Assembly: GCA_027317185.1 (NCBI GenBank) | Contig: DAHVFB010000001.1 | Coordinates: 35,954 to 99,953 of the forward strand | Direction of reading: 5' to 3' | From: Deltaproteobacteria bacterium | GTDB lineage: Bacteria; Desulfobacterota; Binatia; Binatales; Binataceae | Length of the DNA: 64,000 nucleotides | Shown here: one piece after another, positions 27,988 to 37,390 of the stretch | Numbering within the stretch: the first letter of the stretch is position 1 | How the letters are laid out: every line of letters starts with the position of its first letter | Position numbers and translations under genes: made by a program | Notes under the pieces: model-generated | What the model saw: the letters and a program-made list of their open reading frames with translations, nothing else | Database searches by the model: none | What the model was told of the DNA's origin: nothing

Positions 27988-28974
27988 CTACGGGGCGCGG
28001 TTGTTCACGTTGGTGCAGGGCCCTGCGCTGGTATCCTCAGCCAAATTAGCGCCCGAATTGTGCAGCGCCTTCACCAGCACGGCGTTGCCTGGACATATGA
28101 GCGAGACGCCGTCAGTGTGGTTGCCGGTGGCGGAGGTGGCGGTTATCAGGCCGTTTTCGTCCAACTCAACCCCGTTGTTTCCGTTCTTAGTGAATTTGCC
28201 GTTGGTGACGAGGTTGTCCTGGTTTGATTGGTTTGACGACGATGCGTAGACACCGTCGCCGACGTTGCCGGTCGCAGAGCAGCTGACGATCGAGTTGCAG
28301 CAGCCGGTCGCGTCGATGCCGTCGCCGCCATTGCCGGTGGCCTTGCTATTGGTCACGGTGCTACAACAACCACCCGCCACGATTCCGACGTCGCCGTTGT
28401 TGGTGGCTGTGGTATTGACGATCGTGAAGCAGCACCCGTTTGCATCGATGCCCCTACGCTGGTTGTTAATCGCTATCACATTGGCAAGGGTGCTGCAGCA
28501 CGCGACCTCGAGACCGTCGCCATCCCCGCTGCTCAACGACGTTACGGCCCCGGACAGCTTCACATGGTCGATGGTGGCGCTGTTCGTGGCTTTAAGCGCG
28601 AGATCTACGTTGAAGCCGGTGACGGTGCCGTTAAGAATCGCTATTTCGCTCAGGGTGTTGCCCCCGTCCGTGATGCCGAACATGCTGGTGCTGGAACTGG
28701 CGTTGCCGCTGATCGTGTGTCCACCCAGGTCGATCGACACGTTGTTGGCCGTAATCGTGATGCAGGTGGCCCCTGAGGCGGCCAGGTTCCCGGCCAATTT
28801 GTAGTTGCCCGCGCTGTTGATGGTCGTCCCGCAGGCGGATATCGGAGTAGACGCCGAAGGCGCGGCGGCGCTCGGGGGCGAGTCTAATAATCCCAGACCG
28901 AGCAACGCCGCAAACAGCACTAGCGCAACAAGTTTAACCACCCCGGCTCCCCGCTTTTGTGTTGATCGCGCCAT
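27988..28974 (-). CDS. Secreted right-handed parallel beta-helix repeat protein with paired-Cys (GCC) repeats (cargo)
   Basis: 328 aa. Signal peptide. Tandem ~22-aa repeats ATGNGGDGIDATGCCNSIV / NNGDVGIVAGGCCSTVT. Confidence 0.55.
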   Translation of the reverse strand: MARSTQKRGAGVVKLVALVLFAALLGLGLLDSPPSAAAPSASTPISACGTTINSAGNYKLAGNLAASGATCITITANNVSIDLGGHTISGNASSSTSMFGITDGGNTLSEIAILNGTVTGFNVDLALKATNSATIDHVKLSGAVTSLSSGDGDGLEVACCSTLANVIAINNQRRGIDANGCCFTIVNTTATNNGDVGIVAGGCCSTVTNSKATGNGGDGIDATGCCNSIVSCSATGNVGDGVYASSSNQSNQDNLVTNGKFTKNGNNGVELDENGLITATSATGNHTDGVSLICPGNAVLVKALHNSGANLAEDTSAGPCTNVNNRAP

Positions 28975-29143
28975 AAGATATCCCCCCTACTGCCCGCCAA
29001 GACGATATAAATCGAAACAGTTAGCTAAGCCCGGCGTCGGTTGTAGCAGAGCAGATAAGCTAAAGTACAGCGATCAAGGCAAAATTGAGCTGAAAGCGGG
29101 TCACGTATAGAGCGATCTTCAGGCAGGCGTGTTAAGGCAGGGG

Positions 29144-30412
29144 TCAGGGCAGGATGGTCGCGGTATGGCCGAAGCGCGCGTTGTTCATCGAAGAAATCAG
29201 GCTGAAACTGTTGAAACCGGAACTGTAAATCTCCGCCGTATTGACCGCGCTGGCGGCGTTCAAGCCGTTCAGGCCGTCCTGGCCACCGGTAATCAGCGCC
29301 ATCCCGGCCAGCGGACCGCTGCTGAACGCGGTCGCGGTGTGATAGCGCCGGAAATCCGTCATATTGCCGGTCGGCCCGAAGGCTCCGCCCGGATTGTAGA
29401 GTTCCGCGGTATAGGTCAGCGTGTTGCCGCTGGTCAGCCCGCCGCATAGCAGCACCAGACCGTTTTGCAGGATCGCGGAAGCGAACTGCATGCGGCTGAT
29501 GGTCATCAGGCCCGCCGCGGCGAACGAATTGGAGGCGGGATTGTACAACTCGGCGGTCGAGGTGATCACGCCCGCGTTATCCTGGCCACCAGCCAGCATC
29601 ACCTGCCCATTGAGCACGCCTCCGGAGAAAAAGATCGCGTTGTCGAAGAAGCGGCTGTCTTGCATCAGGTTTGTGATGTTCGTGAATTTCTGGGTGGTGG
29701 GATTATAGAGTTCGGCCTCGTTCTGCACGGCGGTCATCGCGGAGTTCGCGAAACCGCCCGCGATCAGCACCTGGCCGTTGGTGAGCAGCGTCGCGGTATG
29801 TGCCGCGCGCGGGAAATGCATCGGCGCGGGAGTGGCGGTGAATTTATCGGTAGCTGGATCGTACAATTCTGCACTGGCCAACGGATTTCCGTTCGCATCG
29901 ATGCCGCCGGTGATCAAAACCATCCCGTTATTGAGCAAGGTGGCAGTATGCAGCGCGCGAACGGAGGTCATGCTGGCGGCGATCGGATGGAACAACTGAT
30001 TTTTTTCGTTGAACAACTCCGCCGATTTCAGCGTAGTCCCGTTGCCGTCCTGCCCACCGGTAACCAGAATGGCGCCGCTGTGCAGGATGGTCGCGGTATG
30101 AAACGCGCGCGCCGCGTTGAGCGAATTAGTGGTGGTAAAGGTCTGGGTGGTTGGATTGAAGAGTTCGGCCTGCGCAACCGCCGCGCTGCTGGCATTGATA
30201 CCGCCGACGATGAGGACATCGCCTGAGAGCGGACCCGGAGTGGCAGTGCCGCTCGAGGTCGGCGTACCGCTGCTGCTACTGGTCACCTCGACCGCGCCGA
30301 AGCCGGGACCGCAGCCCTGCCCCACCATCGCCAGCCAGCCGAAGGTCACCAGCGCCGCGGCCGCCAACAGGATATTTCGTATCGTCGCTAGTAATCCGGC
30401 CGTGCGCTTCAT
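29144..30412 (-). CDS. Kelch-repeat lipoprotein (cargo)
   Basis: Start at MKRTAGLL (GGAGGGGG SD) with lipobox GQGCG. Five or more Kelch motifs (FHTATLL..G.VLITGG). The track N-extension is rejected. Confidence 0.7.
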   Translation of the reverse strand: MKRTAGLLATIRNILLAAAALVTFGWLAMVGQGCGPGFGAVEVTSSSSGTPTSSGTATPGPLSGDVLIVGGINASSAAVAQAELFNPTTQTFTTTNSLNAARAFHTATILHSGAILVTGGQDGNGTTLKSAELFNEKNQLFHPIAASMTSVRALHTATLLNNGMVLITGGIDANGNPLASAELYDPATDKFTATPAPMHFPRAAHTATLLTNGQVLIAGGFANSAMTAVQNEAELYNPTTQKFTNITNLMQDSRFFDNAIFFSGGVLNGQVMLAGGQDNAGVITSTAELYNPASNSFAAAGLMTISRMQFASAILQNGLVLLCGGLTSGNTLTYTAELYNPGGAFGPTGNMTDFRRYHTATAFSSGPLAGMALITGGQDGLNGLNAASAVNTAEIYSSGFNSFSLISSMNNARFGHTATILP

Positions 30413-30613
30413 GCCCCCTCCAATCTGCAAGCTCTCCACGAAGGCTACGGCTATAACATAGCCCAAAGGCCCACGAAACGAGTTGCAAAATAGTGAATTA
30501 TTCTGCGCTTTGAAAATGCAGTCGCCGGCGCGCCCCATCCTGCTCGTGCTGCTCGTGGCATACCGGCCCGGACTGCGGTAATTTGGAATCGCAGGTACGG
30601 GGATGGCAGTCAT

Positions 30614-31243
30614 ATGAGAGCTACATCGAATTCTTCGCCAGCGCGGATTGCGGCGCCCTGCAGCACGGAGCGAAAATCGATCGCGCTGACTTGGCCGATC
30701 GTCACGCTAGTGCTGACCGCGTTCCTGCCGCTGAGCGGATGCCTGGGAGCCTCGGGACTCGGCGGACTCGGAGGAATGAGCGGCCTCGGCGGCATGAATC
30801 CGTTCGGCGCCACCACCGCCACCCCGCAGGAACGTGCGATGAACGTCGAGCCGATGCTGACGGCGGCGGGTTTCCAAACACTCGCGCCGCAGAAGACAGA
30901 GCATCAGCAGCAGCTCGCCGCGCTGCCGGCGCTCACGATGAACACCTATACCACCGCGGAGGGTCAGCAGCGCTATTGGTATGCCGACCCCAGTTATTGC
31001 CATTGCATGTATGTCGGCGACGCCGGCGCTTATCAGCGCTATGAAACCCTGAAGTTGCAAAATCAGCAGCTCCAAAACGAGCAGCAGGCGCAACAGCAGC
31101 AGATGCAGATGCAACAGATGCAAATGCAGCAGATGCAGATGCAGCAAATGCAGATGATGGGACCGTTCGGATCGCCGATGGGCGGCTACGGCAGTCCGTT
31201 CGGCTTCGGCATGGGCGGCCCTGGCATGGGCTTCATGTTTTAA
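30614..31243 (+). CDS. Lipoprotein with C-terminal Gln/Met tandem repeat (cargo)
   Basis: Lipobox LSGC. QMQMQQMQMQQMQMQQMQMM encoded by a 9-nt tandem repeat at 31100-31158. Gly/Met-rich tail. Confidence 0.5.
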   Translation: MRATSNSSPARIAAPCSTERKSIALTWPIVTLVLTAFLPLSGCLGASGLGGLGGMSGLGGMNPFGATTATPQERAMNVEPMLTAAGFQTLAPQKTEHQQQLAALPALTMNTYTTAEGQQRYWYADPSYCHCMYVGDAGAYQRYETLKLQNQQLQNEQQAQQQQMQMQQMQMQQMQMQQMQMMGPFGSPMGGYGSPFGFGMGGPGMGFMF

Positions 31244-31353
31244 GTTTTCCTCGACCGCGATCGATTCAATCCAGACCGGGAATTGCCTGCTTCGCCTTTA
31301 TCCGCAAACACAATTTGCGCACCGCTGGTTGAGGCGGCGTTCCGCCTGCTAGT

Positions 31354-32172
31354 TTGCTGGCGATGAATTTCGCCGCGTTCCTTGCCGCCTGCCATGCGCA
31401 ATGGCCCGAGTTCGACGATCCGCGATCACTGTCCAAATCTTTGAAGCCGACCGACCGGCGCCTGGCCGATCTGCCGAAAAAGATTGAAGGGATGGCGACC
31501 GAGAACAAGCTGATGCTGCTCAATCTCGCAGTCGCGCAGCTTGGACCCGGCGAGGTTTACGTCGAGGTGGGATGCTACAAGGGCCTAAGCCTGGTTTCGG
31601 CGGCCGCGGGCAACGATCGCGCGTCGATTTATGCCTGCGATAATTTCTCGCAATTTCAATCCACCGCCGACCAACTGCGCCGCACGATTGCGTCGCATAC
31701 GCGGCCGGAGCAGGTGCATTTCTTCGATATGGAGTTTCGCGAGTTCCTGCGGATCGCGCCGTGGCGGCCGGCCCGTATCGGAGTTTATTTCTACGATGGC
31801 GGGCACTCGTTCGCCGATCAGTACGAGGGGCTTAAATATGCGCTGGGCGATCTCGCCGACGATGCATTAGTGATCGTGGATGACACCAACAAGCGCAACG
31901 TTCGTTCCGCGAATCATCTGTTCGCCGCCCTCGTTCCGGGTTTCGAGCCAATTCTCGACCTGCGCACGCCGCGCAACCATTCGCCGACCTGGTGGAACGG
32001 AGTCCAGGTATACCGCTATCGGCGGCCGGCCACGATTGCGGCGCTTGCCGGCGATCCGCTTGGCTATCGAATCCGGAAATTTCTGTGGGATGATGTTTTT
32101 CTGCGCTCGCGCCACGCCTACCGCGCGCGCCGCAGCGACCTGAAATTCTATCTGCGCCGCAAGTTCAAGTAG
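31354..32172 (+). CDS. Class I SAM-dependent methyltransferase (TylF/MycF-like, cargo)
   Basis: VYVEVGCYKG SAM motif, FYDGGHS, IVDDTN. Confidence 0.55.
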   Translation: MLAMNFAAFLAACHAQWPEFDDPRSLSKSLKPTDRRLADLPKKIEGMATENKLMLLNLAVAQLGPGEVYVEVGCYKGLSLVSAAAGNDRASIYACDNFSQFQSTADQLRRTIASHTRPEQVHFFDMEFREFLRIAPWRPARIGVYFYDGGHSFADQYEGLKYALGDLADDALVIVDDTNKRNVRSANHLFAALVPGFEPILDLRTPRNHSPTWWNGVQVYRYRRPATIAALAGDPLGYRIRKFLWDDVFLRSRHAYRARRSDLKFYLRRKFK

Positions 32173-32265
32173 GCAATGAGAGAGGGTGGCCCGGATCGTA
32201 AAGGACCTGTCGGAATTCGACCGCGTATAGAGATGGCAGTACGCGCGGCGTGCGACCCAGGTAAG

Positions 32266-33510
32266 ATGAAAATGGCAGCCAAAACGCTTTTCACCAACGC
32301 TAACCTGGTTCTGGACGGATTCACGGAACTCCAAAAATCGTTCGACGTGCTGGTCCACGATAACCGCATAATTGCGGTGTCGCAAACGCCGCTGGCTCAT
32401 GAAGATGCAAAAGTGATCGATATTCGCGGCAGGACGCTGATGCCGGGTCTTATCGATGCGCATGCGCATATAACGGGACTGTCGCTGAGCCCGAAAAACA
32501 TCGCCTACCCGGCCTCCGAAATTGCCATCGCCGCCGCCAATTATCTGCGCTGCAGCCTGATGGACGGTTTCACCTCGATCAGAGAAGCGGGCGGCGCCGA
32601 CCACGGCGTCGCCCGCCTGCTGGCCGAAGGGAAAATCATTGGGCCACGAATGTTCTACTCGGGGCGCGCGCTAACGCAGACCGGCGGAGGCGCAGACTTT
32701 CGCTCTCCCGATGAGGTCCTGGATCCGTGTGGTCACACCGGTCCGTTTACGGTGATGTCCGTGATCGCCGATGGAATTGACGAGGTGCGCAAGGCCGCGC
32801 GTGAAGAACTGCGCCGGGGCGCGGCGCAAATAAAAGTATTCGTCTCCGGTGGAGTGGTGTTTCCATCGGAAGCTCATCCAACTATTTACGAATACTCATT
32901 GGAAGAATTGCGCGCGATTGTGGAAGAGGCGAACGGCCGCGGCACCTACGTCATGGCCCACGTCTATACCGATGAGGGAGTTCGCCGGTGTTTAACCGCC
33001 GGCGTCCGATCTATCGAACATGCCAATTTCGTCAGCGAAGAAACGGTCGCCATGATGGCCCGGCACGGAGTCTACCTCGATCCGACCTTCATATCGCTCG
33101 TGCAACGAATCGAGTCAGCGGCCGAAACCGGGCTGCCAAACAATATCGTTGACAATTTGAAGACGACGGTGGCGAGGGGCCAGCAAGTCTACCGCTGGGC
33201 GAAGCGCTACCAGGTGCCAATCGCTTTCGGGACCGACCTATGGGGTCCAGAGGCGCAAACGTCGCAGCTCAGAGAATTTGAAATGCGAATGGAGCTCGAC
33301 GATGCGCCCGGTATCATTGCTTCAGCCACCCGCATCAATGCCGGGTTGCTAATGCAGAACGGCAACCTGGGAACCATTTCTCCCGGAGCCTACGCCGACC
33401 TCTTGGTCGTCGAAGGAGACCCCTTGAGCGACCTGAGGGTCATGACCGATCCTCAGAAGAATCTTAAGCTGATCATGAAGGACGGCGTAATCTACAAGAA
33501 CGAGATCTGA
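32266..33510 (+). CDS. Amidohydrolase-family metal-dependent hydrolase (cargo)
   Basis: GLIDAHAHI metal-binding motif, TIM-barrel amidohydrolase layout. Start at ATG 32266 (MKMAAK). Confidence 0.7.
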   Translation: MKMAAKTLFTNANLVLDGFTELQKSFDVLVHDNRIIAVSQTPLAHEDAKVIDIRGRTLMPGLIDAHAHITGLSLSPKNIAYPASEIAIAAANYLRCSLMDGFTSIREAGGADHGVARLLAEGKIIGPRMFYSGRALTQTGGGADFRSPDEVLDPCGHTGPFTVMSVIADGIDEVRKAAREELRRGAAQIKVFVSGGVVFPSEAHPTIYEYSLEELRAIVEEANGRGTYVMAHVYTDEGVRRCLTAGVRSIEHANFVSEETVAMMARHGVYLDPTFISLVQRIESAAETGLPNNIVDNLKTTVARGQQVYRWAKRYQVPIAFGTDLWGPEAQTSQLREFEMRMELDDAPGIIASATRINAGLLMQNGNLGTISPGAYADLLVVEGDPLSDLRVMTDPQKNLKLIMKDGVIYKNEI

Positions 33511-33800
33511 GGTACATAGCGGCGATCGCGAGGGCCGCTGTAATCATCGAGATCGGATAGCTCGCGCTGGCTGAACTTGGCTATCCGAGAAAATAGCAAC
33601 TTTTCCCGTTTATCGGTCGCCGAAAAGCAATTCGGTCTGTCTCTTCCACCAGCCGCACACGCAAGTCGCCTTAGAATTCCTTCTCCCGCTTAATTCCGAG
33701 GGAAGGTACGGAAGGGGCTTCCTGCGGGAGCGTCGAATCGCTCACGCCAAGCATTGTTCAGACCATTTCAATATTTCGCACATGGCAACTGACACTATAG

Positions 33801-33820
33801 TCAGTGAAATATTTCAGTCT
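33801..33820 (+). promoter_or_regulatory. Second copy of the candidate late-promoter motif TCAGTGAAATATTTCAGTCT, upstream of gpI
   Basis: Matches 19839-19858 at 19 of 20 positions. Preceded by the inverted repeat ACTGAC-N6-GTCAGT. Confidence 0.35.
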
Positions 33821-33948
33821 TATTGCGTCCGCTGGCAAAGCGCAGAATGCGCGAGTCTTAAGGATCACCGCATCATACCAACCGATTCCACCAACCCAGG
33901 CTATTAGCCACTGACCTTTAGTCATTCACAAGGACTCCTATTCAATCA

Positions 33949-35061
33949 ATGACTAGTCAAGCAACCAACTCCAGAACGCCGGGCGCGGCCCCCCCCCACC
34001 GCGACGCCTGGCGCACGCGGGCCCGCGGTCAACTTCCGGTGATCTCCTCTGCCACCGGTTCGTGGTCCATGCCAACTCCCGAAGTTCCCCCATCGTGGGT
34101 CGAACTCCTCCCGATCGGCGAGTTTGCGGGACGCGATGGCCGCGGGCCATTCCGCGTAAACGACCCCGCGGCGGTGATTGCCGCGACTCGGGCCTTGCGG
34201 ATGGAGGCCGGTCTTCCGATCGATTACGACCACGCCACCGACCTCGCCGCGCCCACTGGCGGACCAGCCCCGGCCGCCGGATGGATTCGAGAACTCGAGG
34301 TCCGCGCGGGATCGATTTGGGGGCAGGTCGAATGGACTCCGAACGGCGCACAGGCGATCCGGGCGCATCAGTATCGTTATCTGTCGCCGGTATTTCAGTT
34401 TTCGCGCAGCGGCGAAGTGATGCGGCTGCTGCGAGCGGGATTGACTAATAATCCGAATCTTTACCTGACCGCGATCTGCGCGGCCAACAAAAAGGAACTC
34501 GACATGGAAATGCTGATTGATCAGTTGCGTGAAATCCTAGGTCTCGACGACAACGTTGATGCCGCCCAGATACTCGAGGCGGTCCGAAATCTGGCTGCCG
34601 CACCCAACCTCCCTGAGGATGCAGCGCCCCTCAACGAGGGCGCTGGCGACGATGACGATGATGCCGAAAGCCCCGATCCGGCCCGCTTCGTGGCAATGTC
34701 GCACTTTCAGCGCGCGGTCACCGAACTGAACCATCTGCGCGCCGAGCGTGGACAAGAACGCGCCGAGCTAACCGTTGACGACGCGATTCGAGCCGGCAAA
34801 CTGGTGCCGGCGCAGCGCGCCTGGGCCGTTTCATATTGCCAGGCGGATTTCGGCGGCTTCAAGGAATTCATCGCACGTCAGCCCGCGATGCTTCCGGCCG
34901 CGCAGCACTTTGCTTCCGCTTCGGCGCCGCGCGCGAAGTCTGAAAGCCTGACGCCGGGCGAGCTCGCGATCTGCACTCAACTTGGCCTGCGTCCCGAAAC
35001 CTTTATCCAGCGCCGAGCAGCTCGCGGCCAGTTGCTGAAACTCAACAAGTTTTTCGATTAG
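33949..35061 (+). CDS. Mu gpI-like prohead protease/scaffold protein
   Basis: ELLPIGEFAGRDGRGPF...PIDYDHATDL...PAPAAGWIRELEVR...YRYLSPVF matches the FluMu/Mu I protein family. Acidic linker plus C-terminal scaffold-like region. True start may be internal (about 34069). Confidence 0.65.
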   Translation: MTSQATNSRTPGAAPPHRDAWRTRARGQLPVISSATGSWSMPTPEVPPSWVELLPIGEFAGRDGRGPFRVNDPAAVIAATRALRMEAGLPIDYDHATDLAAPTGGPAPAAGWIRELEVRAGSIWGQVEWTPNGAQAIRAHQYRYLSPVFQFSRSGEVMRLLRAGLTNNPNLYLTAICAANKKELDMEMLIDQLREILGLDDNVDAAQILEAVRNLAAAPNLPEDAAPLNEGAGDDDDDAESPDPARFVAMSHFQRAVTELNHLRAERGQERAELTVDDAIRAGKLVPAQRAWAVSYCQADFGGFKEFIARQPAMLPAAQHFASASAPRAKSESLTPGELAICTQLGLRPETFIQRRAARGQLLKLNKFFD

Positions 35062-35221
35062 CTAGTCGGCCCAACCAGCTTCAATCGCCAGCCCGCTTCG
35101 ATCGGCCCGTTTCGACGGAACAAGCCATAAGCACGAAGCTCACTTCGATACTGGCGGTTGAAAAACCTCAACCATAGATCCGCCCCGGATCGCTCAAGCA
35201 CCCGCGAAAGGAGAAAGACTG

Positions 35222-35917
35222 ATGGCGGCTTTGACCAGCGCTCGCAATACTCCCGAAATGGCCGATTTTGGCCGCATCCAGGTTTACCCTGTTGAAGCCA
35301 ACACGGTCGTTTATCTCGGCTCGATGGTGGCGCTTAATGGCGCCGGCAACGCCGTGCCCGCCAGTTCGACCCCGGGATTGAAGATTGTGGGGCGCGCCGA
35401 ACGCGTCCACAACGGCATCCCGGGCCAGAACGCCGTCAACACCGGCGGCGTGGCCGGTGGGATATCGATCGTATGCCGCCGCGGCGTTTTCATGTACGCG
35501 GTCAATGACAGCTCGATCGCGCAGGCACAGATCGGATCGCCCGCCTTCGCGGTCGATGACAACTCGGTTTCGGCCAGCGACGGTAGCGCCAGTTCGGTGG
35601 TCGCGGCCACCGCGTTCACCTTTCCAGTCGCCGGGACGCCTCAACTGATCGTCCTGAATCATGAGTACGTCTCCAAGGTGGTCGTCACCAGCGATCCGGC
35701 CGGCACCACTTACGTCGAGGGCACTGACTATGTAGTCGATTACCAGTCGGGTCTGGTGATGCGCACGGCCGCCAGCGCGATCGCGGCCGGCGCCCAGGTG
35801 CTGATCTCGTTTGACTGGGGCGCGCCGTCGCGCAGCATCGCGGGACAGATTGTCAATCTCGATCCGAGCGGCGAAGTGTGGATCGACTTCTGGCATCAGT
35901 CCACGCTCGCGATCTGA
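35222..35917 (+). CDS. Head decoration-like protein (DUF2190-like N-terminus) with a C-terminal shared phage surface domain
   Basis: Between gpI and gpT. The C-terminal about 65 aa (VVVTSDPAGTTYVEGTDYVVDYQSGLV...VLISFDWG) is shared with the sheath and the gp37-like protein. Confidence 0.4.
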   Translation: MAALTSARNTPEMADFGRIQVYPVEANTVVYLGSMVALNGAGNAVPASSTPGLKIVGRAERVHNGIPGQNAVNTGGVAGGISIVCRRGVFMYAVNDSSIAQAQIGSPAFAVDDNSVSASDGSASSVVAATAFTFPVAGTPQLIVLNHEYVSKVVVTSDPAGTTYVEGTDYVVDYQSGLVMRTAASAIAAGAQVLISFDWGAPSRSIAGQIVNLDPSGEVWIDFWHQSTLAI

Positions 35918-35946
35918 CCATCCGCTAACACACCAGGGACACCACA

Positions 35947-36897
35947 ATGGAAATATCTCAGGCAAATCTCACTTCGTTGTTCACCGGCTTCGACGTGGTA
36001 TTTCAGCGCGGCTTCGACAAGCCACCCTCTTACTACGACCAGATCGCGACCGTGGTGCGATCGACCAGCCGCCAGACCACCTATCCGTGGCTCGGACGCA
36101 CCACCAGCTTTCGCGAATGGCTTGGCGAGCGCGTGGTGCAAGCGCTCGAAGCCCATACTTACACCATCGTCAATCGCAATTTCGAGGATACCGTCGGAAT
36201 TGATCGCAACGACATCGAAGACGACAACTACGGCGTCTACGAACCGATTATCGAGCAGCTCGGCTGGGACACCAAGGTCCATCCCGACATGCTGCTGTTC
36301 CAGATGATCAAACAGGCGGTTGCGACGCCCGCCAACGTCGTCGGTTACGATGGCCAGCCTTTTTTCTCGGCGAGTCATCCGGTGGGTCCGATGGGCGACC
36401 CGGTCCGCGACAGCGTGGTGGCCAATATCAACTCCAGCGGCACCGGTGCGTACTGGTTCCTGATCGACGCCTCGCGCGCTATCCGTCCGTTCATTTTTCA
36501 GCTTCGCCGCGAGTATGCGGTGACACGGATGAACACGCTCTCCGATGAGATGGTCTTCAACCGGCGCGAGTTCCGTTACGGCGTTGACGGCCGCGCGAAC
36601 ACCGGCGTTGGGCTGTGGCAACTGGCGTACGCCAGCAACCAGGACTTGAGTAATCCAGCCAACTACGGGGCCGCGCGCGCGGCAATGCGATCGATCAAAA
36701 CCGACGGCGGCCAGCCGTTCGGCACCTTGGCGAGCCGCAAGGGCGTTTACTTGGTGGTCCCGCCGGCGCTCGAAGAGGTGGCGCGTCAGCTACTCAACTC
36801 CGAGTTCATGGCCGGCGCCGGCGCAAGTTCCGCAGTCGCTACGACTAACATCTGGCGCAACAGTGCCGACCTAATCGTCAGCGAGTACCTCGCCTAG
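35947..36897 (+). CDS. Major head subunit, Mu gpT family
   Basis: 316 aa. MEISQANLTSLFTGFDVVFQ..., FFSASHPVG and GAYWFLIDASR are typical of Mu-like gpT. Confidence 0.8.
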   Translation: MEISQANLTSLFTGFDVVFQRGFDKPPSYYDQIATVVRSTSRQTTYPWLGRTTSFREWLGERVVQALEAHTYTIVNRNFEDTVGIDRNDIEDDNYGVYEPIIEQLGWDTKVHPDMLLFQMIKQAVATPANVVGYDGQPFFSASHPVGPMGDPVRDSVVANINSSGTGAYWFLIDASRAIRPFIFQLRREYAVTRMNTLSDEMVFNRREFRYGVDGRANTGVGLWQLAYASNQDLSNPANYGAARAAMRSIKTDGGQPFGTLASRKGVYLVVPPALEEVARQLLNSEFMAGAGASSAVATTNIWRNSADLIVSEYLA

Positions 36898-36916
36898 CTT
36901 TAACGGTGAGATAAAC

Positions 36917-37351
36917 ATGAGCTACGCCGCCGCACAGGACCTGATCGCCCGCTACTCGAATCGCGACCTGGTCCAGTTGACCAACGACGATCCCACCGTC
37001 ACCACGATTAACACCGATGTGCTGCAGCAGGCGCTTGATGACGGTTCGGCGGAAATCGACGGCTACCTCGATGGGCGGTTTGCGCTGCCACTGGCGCAAC
37101 CGCCCGCCATTTTGGCGCGGCTGGCCTGCGATATCGCGATGTATCGGCTGCAATCGCTGCGGCCGCTGCACGACCTGGCCGATGCGCGCAAGCGCTACGA
37201 GGATGCGGTCGCGTTCTTGATGGAAGTGGCCCGCGGAACGGTAACGCTGGGCTTGTCGGCGGTAGGCACGGAACCGCCATCCGCACCCGACGCAGCCGTG
37301 GTCGAGGGTCCATCGCGGGTTTTCGATCGCAACAAGCTCCGCGGCTTCTGA
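36917..37351 (+). CDS. Mu gp36-like protein (DUF1320)
   Basis: DLIARYSNRDLVQLTNDD...IDGYLDGRFALPL...LACDIAMYRL pattern. Confidence 0.6.
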   Translation: MSYAAAQDLIARYSNRDLVQLTNDDPTVTTINTDVLQQALDDGSAEIDGYLDGRFALPLAQPPAILARLACDIAMYRLQSLRPLHDLADARKRYEDAVAFLMEVARGTVTLGLSAVGTEPPSAPDAAVVEGPSRVFDRNKLRGF

Positions 37352-37390
37352 GTATCACTTACTACTAACCCGTAACGCTGAGCGAGTTAT

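Noticed and set aside
30413-30613. N-terminal extension of the Kelch ORF
   Set aside because: The lipoprotein signal begins at MKRTAGLL (30412) with a strong SD. The upstream part lacks protein-like features.
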